NCBI GenBank assembly: GCA_004431415.1
Contig: QPMI01000576.1
Location: 1 to 36,736 of the forward strand
DNA from: Cyanophora paradoxa CCMP329
Lineage: Eukaryota > Plantae > Glaucophyta
Reading direction: 5' to 3'
Length of the DNA stretch: 36,736 nucleotides
The notes beneath the pieces were generated by a model. That model was not told the origin of the DNA and ran no database searches. It saw only the letters and a program-made list of their open reading frames with translations. A program made the translations under genes and the position numbers. This document shows positions 29,700 through 36,736 of the stretch, one piece after another; position 1 is the stretch's first letter; each line of letters starts with the position of its first letter.

Positions 29700-32600
29700 A
29701 GCCCTCGCGTTTGATCGCCGAGTACTCGGCGCGGTGGTTTGGCGGCAATCGTGGCATCTTCAGCAGTCTTGGCGGACGGAAGTTTCGATGGCACTCTCGT
29801 AAGTGGCGAGCTGGGAGGTGCGCTACGTATACCGTGTACTAGGCTAGCAGTAGCGAAGCTGATCAAGCAGATCGATTACTATACTGATCATAAACCGTCG
29901 CGATGTCGATCGCTTTCTCGAAATCTTTACTTTCAAGTTTTGTTCAATCCCCGCGGCCGCGCCCCCGGCCCGGCAACACAAATAACCGACTCGGCGATGT
30001 CGCACGCAGTTAACCGCGTGTCTCTGGGGACATTCGATGTCGCTGGCAACAAGGGCGCGTTTGTGCTGTGCTCTGTCTCATCTCCGAAGGATGGATCGCT
30101 CATCGCCGCCGTTTCCGAGAGCTTTTATGCGCCGGAGGAATCGTACCTTGTGAAGGTGCAGAATTGCCAACGTCTTTAACTGGCAATGGCTCGCCGCGCT
30201 CGCGCTGCAGCGCTAGCTGATCATGATTGTCTGGTCCGGGTGTGCATGCGCCCCGCCTGCCGCGCTCGCATGTTCAGCTCGACGCTCCGACGTGGACAAC
30301 GATCTCGGCGACGTCGCGAAGCCTGGGGCTGTCGACGTCCGGATCCTTGGTGCCGAGTCAAGATCCATATCGGGAGCTCGAGGGGCGAAACGGAACCCTT
30401 CAAAGGGGCGCTATGAACTGCAGCATCGATGCAAAAGGTGCACGTTGAATACCTTCTTAGATTTACGCCTCACGCGTACGTATACCTTATTACTAGATCG
30501 TTATATAATTATGCGCATGCTTGTCTGCCAGGTTATGAATACATACATACGCATATAACGTATACGCACAATCAATGATTAAGCGTGAAGTAGGATTCGA
30601 AACTATGATACCTATGTATTGCCAGGGCTGAACGAGTTCAAATTTGCGCATGCGCAGGGCAGTACGCTTATTTTGCTGGCCGCGGGAGGTGAGAGCGCCC
30701 GGCCGCAGAATAAGCGTATGTATGCTGCCCTTACGTACGATCGACCGGCACTGTGCAGGTGATTCAAGTCGACGCCGCGACGCTCGTAACGACCGGCATT
30801 TACGAACTGGATTCGTCGTACCGCATTGTTGCGATTCACGCCGTCGGCGAAAATGTCCGTGCGGCACCGTTAACGTTGCCCAATCAGCTCATCACTGAGT
30901 CATCAAGCTGCGCATGCGCACTCACATGCTCGATTGATGCAAATTCTCGCAGGTTTACGTTGTCACTGCACGGATCAGCGGCGATAGCGCCGTCGGTCGA
31001 GTCATTCGCCTCAACAACGCACCGGCCGCGGTGTCGGCCGCCACGAAGCGCAATCTACGTGCCGTCCCTGGGCTACTCTCTGTCAACCAGACCGTCGACA
31101 TCCCGAGCTCCGTAGGGCGGCCCGCACGTCGGTCCTCGCGCCACGGTGGGCCTACTTTTGTCGCCAGTGACGGCCTTGGGGCGCGGCCCTCCGCCTGGAT
31201 GACGTCACCGTCCATGCCGACGTGCCCCCAGTCTCGGAGGGAATCGACACCCTGCAGGGCCCCTTTAACGGCGCGGTTGCGGAGAGCGACGGGCGCCTCT
31301 ACATTCTTTGTTTGCCAATCCAGCTCCGACGTGCGGCCCGTGCTCGGAGGAAGAGTACCGCTCGTCTATGGGGGACACCTCCGCCAAATGCAGTCACGCT
31401 CCCCATCGCGGACCGCGTCAGCGGCGTCGACTACTGCACCAACTGCGACACGAGTACCGGCCGTTGTTCGACCGCCGCTGCACGCCTTGCGGTGCAGTGC
31501 CCTTCTTGAAGAACGCCCACCTCGCGCTCTTCCACTTCAAACTCGAGCCCTCCGGAGCCGGGAGCTCGTGCGCTCGTTTACTTCATTGTTATATATATAT
31601 ATAAGCCTATTCAGCCTCGCTTGCTCTGATCATGATCACGACTACAAACATGCCTCTTATCAGACTTACTCTCTTGCGCAACGAGACTTATCGGGCTGAA
31701 ATCCCAGTGCGTCCTACATGCATATGCACGACCAGTACTGGTCAATAATATGATACTCCGCCTAGGCCTGTAACTTACACACATGGCTCCCAGGTTACAT
31801 TTCCGATCTCCAGCAGCTTGCCCTTCATGTTCTTCCCATGCGCAACCGTCAGCTCTGGCGCAAATGCGGCGCCGACCGACGCGCGAGCGTACACTGTCGC
31901 TTCCACGATTGTCGGGACACAACGCACGTGGGGTGCGCATGCACATGGTCGCGCCATGCTAACACTCTTCCTCTCTTCTCAGGGTGCTATAGTTAATTAC
32001 CAAAAAATGAAATATTTAATTTTGATTGCACAGCGGCACGCTTTAATTTCTTGCGCAGTAATTCGGGCGTTCTCGCTGTACCCAAACCTTAGCGAAATTG
32101 GTATTGCGCACAACAGCCCGAACGTCGGCTTTTTTCTATCGAATGTTATTCAGGTGCTGTACACACACACGTTTTGCAGTTACCTTGCTGCTGCTCTCGT
32201 CTCAGTTGTTTACTTGCGGTGTGTAGGTTGTACGCAGTGGCACAAACAATTCAACGGTGTTCATGGGGGTTCAAGGATCACCCCCCCTACCGCCACCCCC
32301 CGGTTCAAATGCAACAGCACCAGGTCTCCAACGCATGGAGCGCGTAGCAACTAAATCAAATTCGCATTGTAGTAACCATGAATGCACTCCGAACGTGCAG
32401 TTGATCCCTCTGTCCATCTGGATCCTGCCCACGATTCATCCAATACTCACTGCCCGGTCAGGATTGATTTCTAATTATCCGGCGCCCGCTTTAAGTTTCC
32501 CATCTAATTGTAACACGACTTTCCCATCGAACACGTCAGATGTTTGCCCGGGTCCTTCTCAGCCAACCAGTCAGAGTCCAGGTCAGTCAATTCGATTTGC

Positions 32601-33860
32601 CCTTCGAATTCCGTCAATTGCAATCAGCTATAGAGCTAGGTATAAATAATTTTCTGACTTCGCATGTGGACTCAGGCGGAAACGAGGGCGGGCCTCAGGG
32701 CTCAGGGCAGGTGTCACATGGGGCGTCATCCTGCCTGTCAACAGCAGCTCCCTCGACGGCACTGTGGTTCGCTATATCACAGGATCGGGCTTCCCACGAA
32801 CGACCCTGCGCTCTCCCTGACCATCGGCGACCTCGTCGTGTCGAACCTCGCTGTGGCGCCGAACGCATCGCTGCTCACCTTCACGATCCCGCCCCTTCCC
32901 AAAACCCGAACAACGCTTTGGTCGCCGGTTCGTGCTTTCTTGACTCAGTGACGCGCGCTGCTCGCAGTCGCTTGCAAGCCGTTCGGTATAGGCCTGATCA
33001 TGAGCCCTGAGCCTATTGCCAATCGGCAGGGACGCATTACGACATCGTTCTAAGAACGTCCAATGGCGTGCAAGTGGCCACTTTCCCGAAGTCGTATGTC
33101 TTCTTTTCGCCGGTAATCGAATATATAGCTTCTTGCAAATTGTTGCCGTCTTCATTCTGAAGCACGGGAGCGGGCTTCAGAACTCGGCAGCAGGGGGGCA
33201 GGTGTCACGTGGGGCGTCATCCTGCCTGTCAACAGCAGCTCCTCGACGGCACTGTGGTTCGCTATATCACAGGATCGGCTTCCCCACGAACGATCCTGCG
33301 CTCTACCTGACCATCGGCGACCTCGTCGTGTCGAACCTCGCTGTGGCGCCGAACGCATCGCTGCTCACCTTCACGATCCCGCCCTTCCCAAAACCCGAAC
33401 AACGCTTTGGTCGCCGGTTCGTGCTTTCTTGACTCAGTGACGCGCGCTGCTCGCAGTCGCTTGCAAGCCGTTCGGTATAGGCCCTGAGCCCTGAGCCTGT
33501 TGCCGATCGACAGAGACACATTACGACATTGTTCTAAGAACGTCCAATGGCGTGCAAGTGGCCACTTTCCCGAAGTCGTATGTCTCTTCTTGCCGGTAAT
33601 TACATAATAAAATCAAACAAATTCTTACATGCGCATCCTCGAGCTCAAGCTTTGTTCCAGGGTGGAAATGGGAGCCGGCTTCAGGTCGTCGGAATTCGCA
33701 AGCGGGTGCAGGCCAACAGCACTGAGAGCGTCTTTATCAGCTGCAAGGTGCTCAGCTGCCGACGTCGACGTCATGATCAGTTTAGAATTTGAAGGACAAT
33801 CGCTTAACCTACGCTATCCTGCAGGGCTGCAACTTCGACCCACAGATGTGGTAGAGGTGC
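29700..33860 (+). CDS. Multi-exon host gene, probable secreted/surface protein with IPT/TIG-like domain; exon structure unresolved
   Basis: GC-rich segments bounded by CAG|...|GT. Hydrophobic LAAIVASSAVLA near the start. Exon reading RYITGSGFPTND...LTIGDLVV...LLTFTIPP is IPT/TIG-like. Confidence 0.4.
32705..33600 (+). repeat. Near-identical direct duplication (~410 bp): 32705-33117 and 33196-33600
   Basis: Both copies run from GGGCAGGTGTCAC... to ...GCCGGTAAT with few differences. Confidence 0.92.
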
Positions 33861-35659
33861 GCATGCGCGGGCCCGGCCTGCGCGCTGCTGCTGCAATCAT
33901 ATATAATTAAATTGAAGCTTGATCCTGATCGGTACCATGAGCAGGTCTACATTCAAATCCGGACTCGACGAGCCGCGGCTGGGCCATCAAAACTCCGGGG
34001 AACGTGACTTTATACCGCGGCCCGCCAACACGTGCGGAATGAGGGCGCCGAACGCGAGGGTCGTGTCCGACTCCCAAGTGGACTTCAGTCGCCCGTCTTC
34101 GCTCCGCGTGCATCAGGGACAACTTCCGCCGCTCGCTGCTGCAGGCGCAGGACCAAAGGGCGCTCAACACCCCGTACAGTGCGTCGACCGCCGACGTCGT
34201 TCCCCGCGCCTGTTCGCCACCGATGAATCGATATCGATATCATGCGCTTGTGCAGGCGTGTGCTGGTTTCCGCACAGCAGGGACCCTTCGTCGTCCTGCG
34301 TCTGCGCCTCGCCCGCCGAGTCGATCTAGATTTAATTTGTACATATAAATGGCGATACATAATTATAACCTTCTAGATATAATCGTGCGTGCGTGTACAT
34401 GTGCGTGTCAAGAACGTTCGAATTCCATTCCAGGCCTTCGAGTGGTTCGACGTCGATGCGGGGTCCGGCACACCGGCCGCTCCCACCGGAGCCACCAGCA
34501 ACATTAATTACTCGCCTTACCATCCGCCGAGAAAAGCGTGCGCACCTGCAGCTATTGTATAACCGCTCGTACTTGTTAATCCTTCAATTCGTGTGTGCTC
34601 ACATGCTGTTCGAATTCGGAGCGCAGAGCTCGAGCTCCCGGACCACTCGCCTGCGATCATTGTTCCGTCGTCGTCGCGTCTGCCTCGTCGCGCTCGCCGT
34701 CGCCTCGTGGGAGTCTTCGCGTACCGCCGCCGCCGCTGGGCCGCCTCCGCGAGTTCGTCGACGTCCGAGTGACCTTCGCCGACCCGGCGCCGCCAGGCGC
34801 CGACTCCGTCGCGGCGGCGATCGCGTCTCGCTGCGTGCTCCGCGCGTTGCGGGCGGTCGGGCTGAAGGGCGATCGCGAGGCCGCGCGGCGCTCGTGCGGT
34901 GCACGACGCGCGGCAGCGGTCGACGGGCGAGGTCCGCCGCGTGACCGAGGAGTCCTGCGTGGGCGTCGAAGGGCGTGGCGGGCTCCACGCTGGCGGCCGC
35001 AAGGTCGCGTCGCCGAGCTGCTGCGCCAGCCGGCGGCCGCAAAGTCAACCGTGGACGGCTCTGACTTCTACTCCAGCCGCGTCAACATCGCTCTGTAGCC
35101 GACTGTGGCTCGCGCGCTTCCGAAGCTCGCATTATATATATATATATATATATAATATATATATATTATTCCAATTAATCGACATTCCGGATCCTACTGG
35201 TACTTAGCTTTACTGATAATTAGGTTTGCGGATACCCTCCACTGGTAGATCTTGGATCCTACTATTCTGTGGCTCCGATCCAGTGGTCCGATTTATTCTT
35301 ATATTGATGTCGACGTCGATGTCCGCGGCTTAATTAAATGCCCGCTGCAGCTGGTTATATGTATTGCCCGAGAGAACAATGCGCCCCGGGCCCCGGGCCC
35401 CGCCCCGCCCTTAGCGCCCACACGCAATCTTGTTCGCGTTTCAAGTTCGAGTCTTGCAATTGGGAAGAGGTTAAGTTCAAATCAAATAAATGCAGCGTAT
35501 TCTAAAAATAGAATTGCTACAGCTAGATGTGATGCGAAATCATTCGCGATGTGTCCAAGTACTAGTATCGATATCGCCGGCGTCGAGTTTGGACACAGTC
35601 ACTCGGGCCGGCCACGCGTCCTCCATCAGCTGCTGGACCACTCTCGTGTACCCTCCAGC

Positions 35660-36220
35660 TCATCCTGGCCCTCGACGCGGACGGCGAGCAGGGCCGACTT
35701 GAGCGTGCTGGAGCGCGCGCACGCGCTCGAGCTCAAGCGCTGCGGGCAGAAGTAGGAAGAAGATGTAATGAGTAATATAATTATTACGGCATGTTTGATT
35801 GCTGGTTAGAAACTGAAAGAACCTGAAGAGGACGATCTCTGGGATGGAGTGAATGATGCAGCGGAGTTCCAGGGTCGAGAGTTTCGCGCAAGCAGCGATG
35901 GCCTCCGCCTCGGAAGCGTCGAGCGGCGCTCGAGGGAAAGCGTCAGGCCAGTGAGGATACGATTGCACGCGAGGAAGAGGCTCGCAGTGGCCGTTGCATC
36001 CACCTCCCCCGCCTATCGGGCCTGGACCATTGGGAAGGTTGTGGCGAAGGTGGAGTTCCAGCGACTCGAGCTTCGGGCAACCCGCGATGGCCTTCTCGAG
36101 CGCCTGAAGCCGCTCGGTGATGCACGTGTCGCTGCTCACCGAGAACTTCGCCTTGCGAAGGTTCGCTGATTTGAAGGCGGCGAGGTCGGCCGGGAGCAAG
36201 CTGGAGTCGCCCAGCTGCAA
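35660..36220 (-). CDS. Host gene fragment, LRR (RNI/F-box-associated)-like
   Basis: IAGCPKLESLELHL and IAACAKLSTLELRC repeats. Probable GT-AG intron at ~35740-35822. Confidence 0.45.
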   Translation of the reverse strand: MQLGDSSLLPADLAAFKSANLRKAKFSVSSDTCITERLQALEKAIAGCPKLESLELHLRHNLPNGPGPIGGGGGCNGHCEPLPRVQSYPHWPDAFPRAPLDASEAEAIAACAKLSTLELRCIIHSIPEIVLFRFFQFLTSNQTCRNNYITHYIFFLLLPAALELERVRALQHAQVGPARRPRRGPG

Positions 36221-36736
36221 ACACGGCAGTTAGCTGCAGAAATTAATATAAGCTAAAGCTTAAGATCGAGAATTGAAGGTCAAGGTCACGTCCAATTGAT
36301 TGGAGATCTAGATCCGGGAACGCGCACGTCAAGAGTCAGCTCTTCGAGGATGGTGAATTGCGCAAATTGCGCGCAGGGCCGCGCTGTCGATGACAAAAAC
36401 CTTCCCTGAAGTGACAATTTCAAAGTCATAAAGTGGATGTTAATTGATTATAATTAAATATATCGCAGTTTCTTGGCGGCAAATGGCGATTACAGACGCT
36501 TACCACGCAGACGCTTCATCCACGATCAACGCTCGAAGCGAATTGCAAGCGGAGCCGTTCACGATGGCGATAAGGGAGCTGCTGGTCCTCGAGGGGTCCT
36601 TGTGTTCCACATCCCAACCAGTGCATCGGATGATTATATCTCTCAAAGCTGACAACGGCGCAAGGGCTGCCAGAGCTCCCAGCTGATCATCATCTTCTTC
36701 ATCGGAATCATATGCGCATGCATTAGGCTGAAAGTG

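Noticed and set aside
33900-35760. Many overlapping Arg/Ala/Pro-rich ORFs in the GC-rich flank (also 103-1491)
   Set aside because: Expected by chance at high GC; no recognisable domains. Real exons cannot be resolved by eye.

Overview
This window is GC-rich, intron-containing eukaryotic (protist-like) DNA interrupted by a complete ~28.3 kb AT-rich endogenous Polinton-like virus (PLV/Maverick-type) at 1400-29658. The element is bounded by ~0.8 kb terminal inverted repeats (TIRs) that end in hairpins, and by a perfect 6-bp target-site duplication (ATCATC). It encodes a double-jelly-roll major capsid protein (MCP), two divergent penton-like minor capsid proteins, an A32-like packaging ATPase, an rve/DDE integrase, a protein-primed-type PolB with an apparently degenerate exonuclease, an AEP primase-PriCT2-SF3 helicase, GIY-YIG and PD-(D/E)xK endonucleases, and two AT-hook proteins. 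About a third of the element (~2.7-13.1 kb) is a virion-surface/entry region. It holds four paralogous fibre genes with a shared N-terminus and different tips (two C1q-like), a bacteriophage-like small protein, a ~1400-aa HxH-repeat phage-type fibre, and a patatin phospholipase-discoidin fusion. An iteron-like inverted-repeat cassette directly after the helicase gene recurs colinearly inside both TIRs and is a candidate replication origin. The frameshifts I inspected sit mostly in homopolymer runs and look like long-read errors, so gene boundaries for joined ORFs are approximate. All family calls come from motif recognition by eye; no searches were run.
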